Source: Salpingoeca rosetta
Lineage: Eukaryota > Protista > Choanoflagellata
Assembly (NCBI GenBank): GCA_033442325.1
Contig: JAWQFM010000012.1
Coordinates: 684,122 to 748,121 of the forward strand
DNA length: 64,000 nt
Direction: 5' to 3'
Below the pieces are notes generated by a model, which was not told the DNA's origin, searched no databases, and saw only the letters and a program-made list of their open reading frames with translations. Of the stretch, positions 12,427 through 28,266 are shown piece after piece (position 1 is the stretch's first letter; every line of letters starts with the position of its first letter). The translations under genes were made by a program, and so were the position numbers.

Positions 12427-13716
12427 GTGGTGGGTGTGTGTGTGTGGGTGTGTGGGTGCGTGCGTGTGGGTGTATGTAGTATGCAGGTGAGAGGTATCTT
12501 TAAGCTTATGAGAGTGAGTCCGTAACAATGGGCCAAATTACCACGAAATTAAGGACAACGTCAACCAAGACACCCTTGAACAGTGCATGTGCGCTCCTTC
12601 TCACCTCAGTGTCATGCCGGTTGAAGAAGAAGTAACGACAATGGTGCCATCTTCACCACCAGACAAAATCACCCGTCCTGCAAAACAAAACAGCACAAAC
12701 ACCGCGAGGATCAGCATCAGTGTGATGGGTGAAAACTCCACGCAGAGACATGCCTGCGTGCGTCGCATACATGCACGTCCAAGTGCGCGCCACAAGCCCA
12801 CACGCTCCTTCAACATGAGTACCAAAATCTCAACGCCCCTCCTCCACCCCCACCACCCAGCGCCCTTCTCGACCACAGGCACACCATCAAGGGAGAAGAC
12901 GACACAGCCAACGACGGTGCTGTGCGGCAGAAACTTCGCCTCCATCTCAACGGAGTCGAGGTTGAACAGCCGCAAGACGCCATTGCTGTACCCGGCAACG
13001 CAGTGTTTTGCATCTGCATACGTGCGTGCGTGCGTGCGTGTGTGTGTGTGTGTGTGTGTATGCGTGTGCGTGTGTGTGTGGTGGGGATTGTTGGCAACTT
13101 GCACGTGTCAACAGCGTTGCAGCCACCCACTCTCAACAAAACGCATGCACACACACACGCACACAGCCCCAACCCCAACACACACGCCCCACAGTTTTGA
13201 TCAAATCAGATCACACGGCACAGCGCACCTGGCGAAAAGGCGACACATGTTGCCCGCAGGGAGGCGTCTGCAACCTGGAAGTGCATAATCTGTTCTGCAA
13301 CATCGCCATTCCACACACGCACGCTCCCGTCGTCCCCACACGACGCAAAGAAGGGGCCGGCGTGCGCAAGCGCAATGTCACGAATACATGTAGTGTGCGC
13401 AGAGCCAAGACGCACAGCAGCGCCCTCACGCCAGTGCAGCACCCAGGAGATTCCTGCTGTTGTTGCAACCATTGCCATGCCCAACACGTCATCCACGCTG
13501 CTGGCCACAATGCTGTCGTTCACAGACAACTCCCCTTCCAGTTTCAGCGTGCCTGCATGCATGAGAAGACCAGGAAACACGTGCACGCGTGCGTGCGTGT
13601 GGCTTCGTGAGGAACACCCATTTGGAGAGGCACGCAGTGGCGGCAAGTAACACCCCTTGCATGCAATGTGCAAGAAGCAACATTTGCGCATCTTTTACCA
13701 TACCACACTTACGCGA

Positions 13717-13797
<81 letters not shown>

Positions 13798-14696
13798 GCA
13801 TGCATGACCAGCACAAGCACATCAACAAACGCACACGCACACATCAACAAACGCACACACATGCACACTTCAACGAACGCACACGCATAAGCCACAACAC
13901 GCAAGCCCCACCACAGCCCCGTCACACCCACTGCCTCTCTGGGCACACCTTGATCTTCATCATTGAGCGTAAAGAGCGATGCGACCCCAGATGTGTCACA
14001 AAGCATCACCATGGGCCCAGCTGCGTGCACGCGTGTCAGTGGATGATCACGTGCCTGTCGGAATTGTGGCGTGAGTAGCAGCCGTGATATGATGAGCATG
14101 TACACGTGAAACTCATGAAGTGCATGACGTGCACGACGCGCATGACGCACAATGCACTCGCTTTCACATACACACACGCAGACACGTACGCGCGCACTGG
14201 TGTACTGTTCTATCTGCTCGTACCCACAAACAAAGTGTGAAACACACGCGCGTTCTATCACGCACCTGCCAGGACATGACGCAAGAGTTGTCGCGTGTGT
14301 CCCACGCAGAGAGCAGGCCGTCTGCATGGCCAACAAGAAGACTGAACAGAGAGATGACGGCAAGAAGTGACGCAAGGTGAACACGTGTTTGAACTCAATG
14401 ATCAGCAGTGATGACATAAACGATGACAGTCAGCAGAGGAAGGTGCCGCATGCAATTGTTCGACATTTACTCCATACACGCACACACGCACACACGCACG
14501 CACACGCACACGCACACGCACACGCACACGCACACACGCACAGTGAGCATGACGACGGGTGCGTACTCACATGCCGTTTGGCGTGTAGGCGAGCGACGTG
14601 CATGCAGGCTTAACAGACTGCATGCCGTCTTTGGTCTTCTGTGTTGGCGAGCGCGCATGCACGCCTGTTCTGTACACATTCAGCTCGTACTGGTCC

Positions 14697-14779
<83 letters not shown>

Positions 14780-16103
14780 TGCAGTGCCATATCGCAGGAT
14801 GACAGTGAGTGTGTGCGTGGTATTAGAACCGCAGATGACATGTCGACGTGTTTGTGTGTGTTTGTGTGTGTTTGTGTGCGTGTGTGTTCCAAGCAAATGT
14901 GCTGGAATGCGGGAAGTGCAAGCACGCCAACACAGTAACCACCGCCACGGTGCAACCTTGGTGTCGTCGATGAAGAAGAAGAACACGGCATCATCTTCGC
15001 CCACAACTGCAAACTCATTGTAAATGCGCAAATCCCACGCAACCGCATGGCACTGCAACACACACACACACACACACACACACAAAGATGTACGCACATG
15101 CGCGTAGAACACGTGAGATGAAGCAGCTGCCCACACGAAAGTGACACAAAAAACACACGCACACGACCAACGCCAGCGTGTCATGGCATTACCGGCACAT
15201 CCAGATGCGTTGTGCACAGCAGCGCTCCCGTGTTGACATTCCACAGGCACTGAACCGTTGCAACAGCACAAACATTGCAATGTGAGCAGCACCACAACTG
15301 CCAGACCATCGCACAGCGACAAGGATGATGCGTGCACGCAACCATCGCCACCGCATCACAACCAAATCCGAGCAACAGAAACAACAGCGCAACTCACAAC
15401 CACCTCGTCACTCATCATCGCCTACCAACGTCCACCACGTGACTGTGTTTATCTCACCAAACTCGGGTCCTGGTAGTGCCCGAGGGTAAGCAGCAGGCGA
15501 TCATCCTGGGAGAAGGCCATTGCCGTTACAGCGGAGAGGTGGTAGCAGAGTGTGTGCTTGCAGGCACCGGTGACCCCGTCCCACACACGAATCTCCGAGC
15601 GCTCTTGACCCTGTTGGCGACGTTCAACAATACACAAAGCAGTCACACATGGCGTGAGAAGGAGAGAATGCGCACATACAAACGGCACACGGCACACACA
15701 CGCACACATCGCAACACATCACAGACACACAACGCACACGCCACACACGCAACCACCACAAGCCGCAACATGACGCACACCTTGTAGCGCGCGCTTGCTG
15801 ATGCAAAGACAGCGCCGTCCTGCGAGATTGCGAGACAGGAGATGTCGGTCTTGTGGCCCAGGAGATGCTGCTGCTGGCGCGCTTCAACATCTTCAACAAC
15901 AACACACGCGCCGCTGTTGCCGTGGAATGGAGGGGGTGGGGGTGGAGTGAGGGAAATCAATGTGACGTGGAAACGGGCAAATTGTATGCGCTCAAACCAG
16001 CGGACACGCAGATACACACCAATGACATACATGAACGAATGCAAACAGGGCAAGCCGACAGACAAATGCACAAACACACACAGGCATTGGCACACACACA
16101 CAC

Positions 16104-16153
<50 letters not shown>

Positions 16154-16776
16154 GCACACAAGCACACAAGCACACAAGCACACACACACAAGCACACAAG
16201 CAAATACACATACACGCACATATACACACATACACGTACATATACAAACACGGGCATTGACAGGCCCTCCCTGTGCTCAGACCTTGCAAAGAGAAGGCGA
16301 CCAGAGGCCGCGTGCCACAAAATGCACGAACCGCCAGTTGAATTTACGCCAATCTGAACATGACATTGCGCCAATGATACGGAGAGTGAGACTGATGGAC
16401 ATGATGGAGAATTTGGAAGACGAGGAAAGGCGTCCAAACAAACACATGGCATGCGTTTGTGCACTCATTGACTTAACAAAAACGTTCAACGCAAGCAAAA
16501 ACACAAACAAGCGAGCAACCAAACAGCGATCTCCACTGTCTCGCTCTTCTCACCGCTGTTGCAAGCTGCAGTCCTGCTTGTTCCGGTGCCGCTGTGTATA
16601 TCGTTGACGGAAGCGGCGCCCACGTCCTCCGTGCACGCGCGTGTGTCGCAATTGCAGGAACGGGCCGTGCCTCCATCTGCATGAAATCGCGTGCCATAGA
16701 CACAAATGAAGGGTGGCAATACCATCCAGACGGTGATGTGAACGGATGGGCCCGGAAGTAACTTGCTGTGCTCGTC

Positions 16777-16808
<32 letters not shown>

Positions 16809-19800
16809 ACCAGTGCGTATGTGCGCGTACGTGCACTTGTGTGCGCCTTGTCCATACGTTGGAAACACTGCGCACAGGCCCGAGGCTCCCTTGTCCCCGA
16901 ACAAACAACGACAGCAACAACAGGTCAATACACACCTCGTCCAGGATGGCTTGCTCAATGACGTCAGCGCCACTGTCTGCTGCAGCTGCTTGCTCGCCAT
17001 GGTCGCCAGCATCCGCAATGTCCCTTCGTGGACCTTCTTTTTCTCGCTGCTGCTGCTGTTGGCGCTGTTGTTGCTGTTGCTGTTGCTGTCGGTCTGGTGC
17101 ATGCACGCGTTGCGTTGCTGGTTTCACAGCCAACGGCGATGGTGTCTGGGGCGCCTCAACATCACGGCTCTGTTGCTCGTCGTTGACGACATAAGTCGAA
17201 ACGCTGGCATCATCGTCACTCACACCATCAGCCTCACCCTCATCATCGTCATCCTCTTTCTCACCACCGCCCTTCTTCATTCCCGTATCGTCTGTGAGCA
17301 CCTCCACCTCCACTTCCATCGGCACGCGTGCCCTCCCCTCTGTGGCTGCCGATGCTGCTGTCGTGTCAGCGGGCTTCGTGGTCGCGGTGGGCTTCGCTGT
17401 GGCTGTCGCTGCCATTGCCGCGTTTTCCTTATTCGCCCGTGCTGCCGCCGCCGCTGCTGCTGCTGTTGCTTCGTGTTTCGCTGCTGCATCTCCGCTCATC
17501 TCCAGTGTCCAAAACTGCATGTCGTCCAAGCTTGTCCTGTGACACAGTGTGATGTGATGTATTGTGGTGTCGTGTGTGTTTGCGCGCGTGTCGTGTTCAT
17601 GGTGTGTGTGTGTGTGTGTGTGCGTGCGTGCGTGTGTGTGTGCGTGCGTGCGTGTGTGTGTGTGGCTGACTTCAAGACTCTCGCCTACTTTGCTTCCCAA
17701 CACGTCACTGCACAACAACACCAACTTCGACTGCCATCACTTTCAAGACCATCATAGCACTTCCGGCGCCACTCACGAGATGAACTGGGCGATGGCGGAT
17801 GCAAACTGGACGGCAGTGATGGGCGCTTCAAACGTGTGCTGCAGCATTGGCTGCTCGGCGCCCTGCATTGGCTCTGCCCACACCTGGCGACCAGATTGAC
17901 ACACAAACACACAAATTCACATACACGCACATTCAGACACAGATACACAACGACAGTCGCAACAGCAGCAGCAGCAGCAGCAGTCGAGGTGAGCAGAAAG
18001 CGAGCACATTCAACAGTTGTGCAAGTAAGCAACGTCGCCACTCCTTGTCCCACCACCCACAAAGTGTCTCACAGCATGTGTCACATCGGGTGCCAGCTTA
18101 CCGTGAGCGTGGACAAAGAAACCGACAGCACAAGTGTGCTGCCTTGTTTGCGGAACAGCAACAAGGACGTCACGCCACCGCTTGTCGCAGCCCCACACGA
18201 CTTCTGCACACATGCACACACGCACATACACACACGCACATACACAACACACATGCACACACATACACACGCGTTGAATAATGAATAAGCACGAAGAAGT
18301 ATGCGTGCACAGGTGTGTATTGTACAGAGCAAGGGGGGGGCAAAATGTGTTTGCACATGCGTACATACACACGACAGTGCTGCTTCTGCTGCTGCTGTGG
18401 CACCCCATCTGCAAATAAACATGCACGCACCTTGGCGATGATGGCGCCAGACTGCGTGCTGACCTTGAACACGTGCCCGTCAGATGTTCCCGCCCACACG
18501 TGTTGCCTGCAAGCAAGAAAATGGCGGTGAGCAACCGCAAACTTGCAGCAGATGAATGTTACAAGGCAAGTTCTGCAAACTTACAATCTGAATGCACACA
18601 TATTGATGAACACACACGCGCACATGCAATAATACACAGCACACGTGCATTAATACACAGCACACGTACGCTTCGTCGTCGGTGCAGAGTGACGTGATGG
18701 TGAACGGTTTTGGGCGCTTTTTCCTGCTGGATTCCCTGGACGCCAATGACAAACGCGTTTGCACGAGCTGCAGCACAACGTGTTCGTACATGCATGAAAG
18801 TCAACCAGTGAACACAGGAAAAAGTTGATGACGGGGTCACATGCTGGCATCATATGACGTCAACCGAGAAGATAAGTACACATGGAGTGTCTCCACAATC
18901 ATATGCAAGCACAAAAGCACGAAGACAACCAGCGCACAAACAACGCCCGTGCTAGTAGGGACCCTGTCTGGCTCGCTGTCACTCCTCTTGCTGCTTTCTC
19001 TGTCTTCCAGTCCCCTCCTCGTTCACACCACCTCACACAACAGCACACAGACGAGCACACCAACCTGCTCGAAGGACAGGGCGTCCAGCAGCGTGATTGC
19101 GTCAGGGCGCGGTGCAACAACAGCGAGAAAGCGGTCGTTGCCTGCAAGCGCCATTGCAGATGCAAACGGGTGCGTTGCATACGTGTCGGCCGAACCAAAC
19201 TCCGCAACTTGCACAGGCGTCCACTGCACAGAAGTGTGTGTGTGTGAATGTGTGAGTGAATGTGAATGTGCGCGTGTGTATGTGAATGTGTGTGAATGTT
19301 TATGTGTGTGTATGTGTGCAAACGTTAAAGTAGCGTCAAACATTTGTTCCAAGTGCATGCTGCTGGTGATGGATCTCAGTCACGCACGCGAGTCGACAAC
19401 ATTCAAGCAAACAGTGTACCCCTGTTGATACACACACACACGCACGCACACGCACACACACACACACAACCATTTCTCATACAATCACGGTCCATCGCAG
19501 TCCCGACTGACCGATGCCGTGGAGATGGCGAACAAGCGACCGTCAGCACCCAAGGTGTAAATTCGCTCTCCGTCACTCGACGCCAGGATGGCAAGCACAC
19601 ACGCGTCGTGCTGATCATGGCAATGGGGTAATGACGGGTGGGACGGCAGAGGAACGGGTGAACGGGTGAGGCAAGCGTTGGAATTGACGAAGAATGATGC
19701 GTTTGGAACAGTAGGTGATTTGACCCCAAGATAATGCAATCACACCAGCGTAGCGTGCTTGCAGATCGTCTTCATATGTCAACAATGCACACAATGCCGA

Positions 19801-21516
19801 ATAAAACTCACATTGTACTCACATTGTCCAGCACGCTGACTTGCTGCTTTGCATCCAAATCAAACAAGCGAACCTGCCCAGACTCGAAACCGGCAAACAG
19901 ACTGAACAGGACAGAGAACACAGACCACAACCATGGGCGCAGGCGCAGGAGACATGAACCACACACGATCATCATCATCATCGTCATCGTCATCAGCAAC
20001 AGCAGCAGCAGCATCGTCATCAGCAACAGCAGCAGCAGCAGCAGCAGCAGCACATGTGCACCGCAAGCAGGCAGCAGCACGCAACATTGCTCAAGAACAA
20101 GAGCAAGATGGAGAAGAACAACAACAAATAACCAAAACACCTGCGGTTGCACCTCACATTGGCTGTTTGGGGTGGAAACAGAGGCACGTTGGTTTGTCTG
20201 TGATGGCCTGGAATTGGTCAACTTGCTGCCGCGTCTCCTGTCAATTAGAGGTGTGTGTGTGTGCAAGTGTGTGTATGTGTGTGTGCGTTTGTGAACTGTA
20301 GCAGGCAAGCATGTACTTGAAGCAAACATATCATAAAGCAAGCCAAGACTCGGCAGGTACAGGGTGACACGTGTGCATACGTACATGTACACACCAATCT
20401 GCATGCATGCACACGAACCCCACGTAATGCACAGCATGTTCACGACGCAATCGCACATGCACCCGCACCTGGCTCCAGATCCTGATGTCTCTGTCCTGGC
20501 CAGCTGTTGCAAAGAGCGGCTGCGTTGGATGCGATGCCAGCACCTCCGCGGGCTGCACAACAACAAGCAGCAATGCAGTTACTCGTGTGAGCGGTGATGT
20601 CTGTTGGGGGCAGGCAGGTGTATGTGGGTGGGAATGCGTGCGGGTATGCGTGTTTGTTTGGTTGTTTGGTTGTTTGCTTGTTTGTTTGGTTGTTTGGTTG
20701 TTTGTTTGTTTGTTTGTTTCCGCGCGTGGCGTGTGCGTGCATGTGCGTGCATGTGCGTGCATGTGCGTGTATGTGTGAGTGTGCTCTTGTAACAAGCACC
20801 TTCAAGTGCGTGCGGACGACGGTCTGATACTGCTTGTCCTCCGGTGAGAATATGCCTGCAGGTAATCGCCAGCAATGTGGGGCATCAATGCAACACACAA
20901 TGTGTGCATGTGCGTACCATCTCACAATCCAGACACACGCTTCGAGTACATGCACTGATCCACTCCCACCACAACCACAACCACAACCATCACCACCACC
21001 ATCACCACCACCACCATCACCACAACCAACGACTCACCGATGGTGCCATCCGTTACAGTGCAGAGACAACGCAGCTTCATGTCCGTGCACACAGAAGCCA
21101 CCTTCGCCGCATGCACAACCTCCAGCTTGTAGTCGTCAAAGCCAAAGTCCCACGTGCGCAGGCGCCCCTCTGTATCCGCAGTGACACACCCGGCCGATGA
21201 CGCAGACACACAGCAGATGGCCGTGCTGTGGCGGTGGAGACCGCGGTGCAGAGAAGGGAAGTGGAGGAGGTGGTGAGAAGTGTGGTGAAATCGCAGTAAC
21301 GAGAATGTGTAAGGGGGCATGGACAGGTTGTGAAGGGAAGGAGGGTGGTGATATGCACACGGACGTGCTGTTGAAAACATGCTTGATTGGACCACACGAT
21401 CAATTGCGTACTTTTGGGAGTGAAGCGGGAGCGCGGAGGAGAGAGAAATGGAGTTGAGGTTGACAACGAACAGAGACCCCTTGTTGCCGCCAATCAACGC
21501 CCTGGTTGGGAACAAC

Positions 21517-21557
<41 letters not shown>

Positions 21558-24166
21558 CATGAGGGTGAGAGTGAGAGAGTAAGCGAGACGGTGCGGGTGT
21601 GCACATGTGTGCAGCTACCCGAGCCACAATCAAGTATCAACGAAACCCACCACTAGTTGACGCAGGGTAGCGTGTGCGTTCGATATTCACAATGACGCCA
21701 CAAGCATTCCCCCCCCCCTTTCTTCTCCATGATCAACACCACCACAGCTGCGACCACAGTCCACAGCGTGCACCTTGCATGGTCGTGGGTCGGGACAGCA
21801 AACGCAATGCCGTGGAATTGCACGCCGCTCGCGTGGTGCCGACGCAGATCAATGGGGCAGCAGTGCAGACGGTCTGCAGCAATATGTGTGGAGTGCATCG
21901 TGAAAGGGGGAAGGATTGTCATTGCACATGTGTTTGTTGTGTATGTTATGTGCGTGATGGGTGTGGGCGTGTGCACGTATGTGTGTGCATGTGTGAAGCG
22001 CTGTCAAAATAATGTGTGCAAAGCGTGAGAGTGCCAGGAGAAGTGCTGGCACAATAGCGCACATCTGCAATCTCACCTCCTTTGCATCGCCAGACGCGAA
22101 TGTTGTCGCGGCCACACGAGATGAGACGTGTGTTGTCGTGCGGATAAAACGCGATCTTCTCCACACTTGCATCTGCACTCAAAAGTGAGCAATGAGATGT
22201 GCACGTGAAGAAGGTGCAGATACTCACACGCACGTTCTTACATGCATGCATGCACGTTTTCAATAGTATGCATGTTCACGCACGTACGCGCACTCAAGGG
22301 CACGCACACGTGCACTTCCAGTCATACAAACAACCAAATCACACAAAACAACCAACAACCATCGCCAACACCAGCGCCACAATCTTCTTTGTCCCACCTG
22401 TTGTTGCGCTGAGGAGACGCGACCATTTGCGCCTGGAATCCGTCGCCGCCGCCCACACGCCGACACTCGTCTTCATGTGTGGCGCCTGCAGTGGTGGTCG
22501 TGGTAGCAGTGGCCGAGATTGTCGTGAACGTGAGAGAGTCGTGGCGGTGGTGGAGAGAGTGGTCGTGACAGTGAGAACGAGACCTGTTGCCTCATTGAAC
22601 AAGTCATGACCAAACGCAAAGCAAAACGTGCGACCACTAATCTTGAAACACCGTGCTCAATTCCCATGCACGCACAAGCCCCACCACCATCACCAGCAAG
22701 GGGTTGCTTGTTCAACGAACCGTGAGAACAACGGCAATGCGCTGACCAGACACGTCGACAGCAATGTGCGACACCGTCTTGTAGAACACCCTGAATGTAC
22801 CGTCGACAAGCAGGAAAGTGCGAGACACGCGTGAATTGCAAAACTATACAGTCGCATTCAAACGACCATTGATCAGTATTTGTTGTCTCGCCATCTCCAC
22901 TCAAACCACAGCAGCTCAGCGTACGCAGATTACTACACACATACACACACGCACACACGCACACGCACACACGCACACGCGCACACACGCGCACACACGC
23001 GCACACACGCGCACACAAAGGTGACAAGAGCAGAGAGTAGAGTCATAAGACCACCCTTCCTCGAACACACGCAAACAAGAGCGTGCTGACAGAACGCACT
23101 TTGACCAGAGCGGGCGCAAGTTTGTTGGTGTGGCCGCCCATGTGCACACGAGAAACGACTTGCTGTCCTCAGACGTCGCCGCTGTTGCTACCACATCGCC
23201 AGATCGGCTCTTGGCCACGTGGGTGAACTGCAACGTCGTGGCGATGGTGATCGTGGCGGTGATGGGGTGCATGAATAAGAACGAGTGAGCGGATGAACGC
23301 TGCATGGCGCACCGAGGTGCCTTCCGCCAATTCATCAGACATTCTGCCTCTCCAACACGGCTGTCAACATCAACACCAACATCAACCCCAATAGCAACCC
23401 CAGCGATGCACGCAGGAGTGCTCACCGTGAACTTTGCCTCGCCCGTCTGCGTTGGGTGCACGAGAGGCGGGGTGACAACTTGCTCGTTGTTGATCCAGTT
23501 GTGCAACACCAGTCGCGATTTCGCAGCGTACACTGGATGATGGTGATGGTGGGTGTGGTGGTAGTGGTGGTGGTGGTGGTGGTGGTGGTGGTGGTGGTGG
23601 TGGTGGGTGTGGTGGTGGTGGTGGTGATGATGATGGTGGTGGTGGTGGCGAAACAAGAGACGTGTTTGTGTGAGAATGAGGAGGCAATGCAGAAATTGCT
23701 TGTTCAATTCCATACCCGTGTCATATTGCACGTTACCCTGCACCCACGCTAACATTACATGAACGACTCACCAACACCACCAAAAAACCACAAATGGCAC
23801 GAGCAAGCAGTGGCACCTCGAGACAACCACTTCATCAACCACTGATACAATGCGATGGTTTTGTGTCCTCACCGATGGTGGTCCGCGAGAGCCACTGCGC
23901 GCCGCCCCCGCAATTAGGCGACAGGCCGACGACACCGCGAAGCTTGATGGACGCGTGTGCACCCTGAACGCATCACACGGGTGCACAGCCACACATGCAT
24001 GCCATGAGCAATGGACGCAAAGAAACACAAACGCTCGAAATGAAGCGTCTCAGTGACCCAGACTTGCAACTTACATTTGAAACTTAAACAGCTGCGACAA
24101 CCAAAACCATGACTTTCAACAAATGCAATGACGAATGCCAAACAAGCAACCGCAACACACACACAC

Positions 24167-24207
<41 letters not shown>

Positions 24208-25444
24208 TATATACGTACGTGCTGTCCATCATCAGCATCGTGCCTCCGTCGCCGCTGCTGTCGATCCACGACAACCGGAGAAGCCATGGCCGTTGTTGAC
24301 GACGCAGCTCTGCTCTGTTGCTGCTGCTGCTGCTGTTGTTGTTGTCTTTGTGGTTGCTGCTGGCGCTGTTGTTGTTTGGTGCCGGCCTCATTGTCTGCAA
24401 ATGATTGCGTGTGTGGTGCTGCTGGAGTTCTCACGATGCGACCGCGCGGCACGGGCGTTGTTTCCACTTCACCCCGGACTCCTTGGCCTTTTCGTGGCCT
24501 CGTCTTGCTTGCAGGCACACCCGCTTCTCGCCTTATGCGTGCCCCTCCGCCTCTTGCGCCAATTGCTGATGTGAACGCTCGCGGCACTGAGTCCAACAGT
24601 TCCTGCTCCTCATCATCATCATCATGAGCGGCAGCAGCATCATCGACATCGTCATCGTCACCATTGTGGTGCTGTGCAAACGCATCGCTGGTGTGTCCAG
24701 CATACCTTCCGTGCTGCTGTGGAACATCGTGCTGGGAAATACTGCCTGTACCAGCCCTCACAGCTTGCGTTGCATGCTGCTGCTGCTGCTGTTTGGTGCG
24801 TGCAAACGCGCTGTGCCGTGTGATCGGTTGCTCGTGTGCCGCAATCGCCCGCTGGTGCGGTCGTCTCCCTGTTGGTGAGTGCGCACTCATATCAGTCCGC
24901 TGTGCACGCGTGCTGTAGGGAAGGCCACGCGCTGGCTGTGTGACTGCATCATGGTCTGCCCGTCTGTGCTGTCGCGAACGCTGCACTTGCTCCTCATTTC
25001 TACAGTGTCAACACAAGTCAGTCAGGAATCACAGCATGATGAGAACAGCGTCACGATGACAAGGTGGGCAAACCCATGACGCAAATACACGCACAGGATT
25101 GAAACCAACCAAACAAACAAACAAACAAACAAACAAACAAACAAACAAACAAACAAACAAACAAACAAACAAACAAACAAACAAACAAACAAACAAACAA
25201 ACAAACAAACAAACGACCACTGGAGTCACAGTCACGCCTGTCCGAAGCAACCTCCCTTCTCCTCTTCCTCCCCATTCTCATCTCATCACCGTGCAAGTCC
25301 CGTCTCTGTGTTGAGTCTGTGCGGGTCGACGCCAACAACGGGAAATGCATCAGACCGCCCGGGAACAAACTTCACGTCTTGCTCTGACACAAGAAAGCGA
25401 TGGGAGAGATGAGGGTGGTAATGGAAGTTCGAAGAATGTCATCT

Positions 25445-25481
<37 letters not shown>

Positions 25482-26381
25482 CTGTGTGTGTGTGTGTGTA
25501 TGTGTGTATCTGTGTGTGTGTGTGTGTGTGTGTCTGTATGTGTCTGTCCCTGTATGTGTCTGTGTGCGCATTCTGTTTCATGCAAGGTAGCGAAGATGTG
25601 GATCATCAACACAAAAGCATCTGCAGCTTGACAACCCCACACACACACACACACTCTCTCTCTCTCTCTTAAAGCACCGCCGTCACCGTGTCTCACCCTG
25701 CATTGTGTCCGGGGTGTAGTGTCGCATGACGGCTGCTCCCTTCTTCAGCTTGCGGTGCACTGCAGCTTGATACTGTGGCGGCAGCTGGCCAGCCCGCACA
25801 ACGCCATCTGGTTGTAGTCGTGGTCGTGGTCGTGGTTGTTGAGGATCAACAGGTGACAGCATGCATCCGGCGCGATATGTTGTGAGCTGTGCAGTTGAAG
25901 GAGTTGGCCTGTGGGCGTGGGAATCCCCCCCCCCACACACACACACACATTGAACAACACAACCTGCACAACAAAATACACACACATACACACATACATT
26001 GAACAACACAACCTCCACAACAAAATACACACACATACATACACACATACATACACACACATAAACACACATTGCACATTGCACATCGTACATCGTACGT
26101 GTCCACGCAGCACAACCCTGACCTGTTGGTGGGGCTTCGGTGCGATAGACAGGAACCATGTCTTCGCCAAAGTCCTGCTGAGGAAACAGCATCAGCGCAT
26201 ACATGTCGTGCCAGGCCTTGCCCTACGGTGTGCACCGCGGCGGTGGGATTGCGCGTGGAGTTGGTTCAAGCAGGGGCACGTGAGTTTGGTTAGGATTCAG
26301 TGAGGGCTGAACATGATGCAACTAATTGCACTGGTGCACGGGTACCCAGAAATGTATACGCATGTACACACAAGCACATGT

Positions 26382-26426
<45 letters not shown>

Positions 26427-27613
26427 CACATATGCACACAAACACACGAATACCCTCCCCCGCCTCTCCTCGCCTCCAATTTGACCCACCTTGGGCGTGA
26501 ACATGCGCATGGGACGCGGCAGGGACGTGTGCTTGAAGAACTGGTCAGATGTGAACACGCCGCGAACGCTCATGTTTGCACACAGCTTGATCGACTTCAG
26601 GTACACAAACCTGAACAACGGATGGGCAACGTTTCAAGTGTGCGGGATGCGTGAACGACAGTGCAGGGAGACCGATGAGGTGCAACAACAACAGTCGTTT
26701 AACGCACACACACACATGTACACATATGTACACACACGCGCGCACGCTCTAGAATTCCGTGGCTGTGCACAGCTCAACCCCGCTTCCTCCTTCGGCCATT
26801 GTGCACACACACAACCCTCTCAGCCAACACTATGCACCGATGTGCATCCAAGTCTTCCATCTACAGCAACACACACACGCACACACGCACGTGTCGCATC
26901 ACGTCGCATCAAGCCACGCCAACGCCACATACTTGCGGTTGAGGTAGAGGGAGAGTAGCATGGTGAGATCAATGACAAACAGCGTCCACTGCAGCGGCAT
27001 GTTGACGACGGGAAACTGCAACCACGTGGACGTTGCCTTGAACTCCTATCCACAGACAAGAACCCAAAACATGAAACCCTGAGTAATCACGGATGCACAC
27101 ACGTAGCAACGTGCAGGCACGCGCGCGCACACGCACACACGCACACGCACAGCAGTAGAGTACAGAGGCCATCACAGTGTGGAAACCAAAACAAGTACAA
27201 CAGGAAAATACACAGCTCCACTACCAGGTCCTGTGCTCTGCGCCACATCACGAACCAACCTTGTAGAGGTTTGAGAAGGAGACGCGGATGACGACGCCAC
27301 CTTTGACGGCCGCCTCCAGGTGGATGACAAAGGGTTTGTCCCTTGCAGGACGGTACTGGATGTACACGAACCGGCCCACAAGGCCCAGAGACTGGGACGT
27401 TGCCTTTGGGAACTGCATGTAATTGCTGGCAGGCACAGATCCGCTGATGCGATACACATTCGTGCGCAGGATTTTGTCCTGCATGTCGCAAGCACACACC
27501 GCATGTGGCGTTGGTGTGAATGAACGCGAACATGGGAGGCAGCACTTTGTGTGTGTGTGTGTCTGTGTGTGTGTGTATGCGAATGCGTGTGTGTGTGTCT
27601 GTCTGTCTGTCTG

Positions 27614-27644
<31 letters not shown>

Positions 27645-27895
27645 TTGCGTGTGTGTGTATGTGTATGTGAATGTGTGTGTATGCGAATGCGTGTGTGTGG
27701 TGCATGTCTGTGCGCGCGTGTGGTGTGCAGGATCCGATCGCCTGGGCGTGGCGTGAGTCGCACTGTAATGTTAGCTGGCCTTACCATGACGCGGTTCACT
27801 TCGCCACTGCGGCTGCATTGTTTCCAGTCACCAGCACCAAAGTGCTTGAACACGTCCACCAACGGCAGTTGCCATGCTGTCCAGGGTTTGTCCAT
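10537..27895 (-). CDS. WDR90: WD repeat-containing protein 90 (N-terminal CFA20/DUF667 domain plus multiple WD40 propellers), many exons
   Basis: N-terminus [12 protein letters not shown]...[36 protein letters not shown]...[11 protein letters not shown] and [19 protein letters not shown] match WDR90. Many WD exons follow ([40 protein letters not shown]). C-terminal [16 protein letters not shown]...LFKW. Exon boundaries not all resolved. Confidence 0.9.
12258..12357. other. Assembly gap (100 N) in a WDR90 intron
   Basis: N run flanked by (TG)n. Confidence 0.99.
14698..14779. repeat. (GAT)n microsatellite in a WDR90 intron
   Basis: Read directly. Confidence 0.95.
25111..25214. repeat. (AAAC)n microsatellite within the WDR90 locus
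   Basis: Read directly. Confidence 0.95.
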
Positions 27896-27965
27896 GGGGG
27901 TAAAATGGGTGAAGAGGAAAGGTGAACAGAGAAGAACGCGGTCAGTGATGACCACACATCACACA

Positions 27966-28007
<42 letters not shown>

Positions 28008-28062
28008 TCACTCACACTCACTCACTCACACACACTCACTCACACACACACACACTCACTCA

Positions 28063-28177
<115 letters not shown>

Positions 28178-28266
28178 TTGCCGCTCATCGTTGTTGGTCG
28201 CCGCCGTTTCAAAATTTGGCCGGCAGTGTTTGCACATTCGACAGCATAAACAGTAGCGGATATCAG

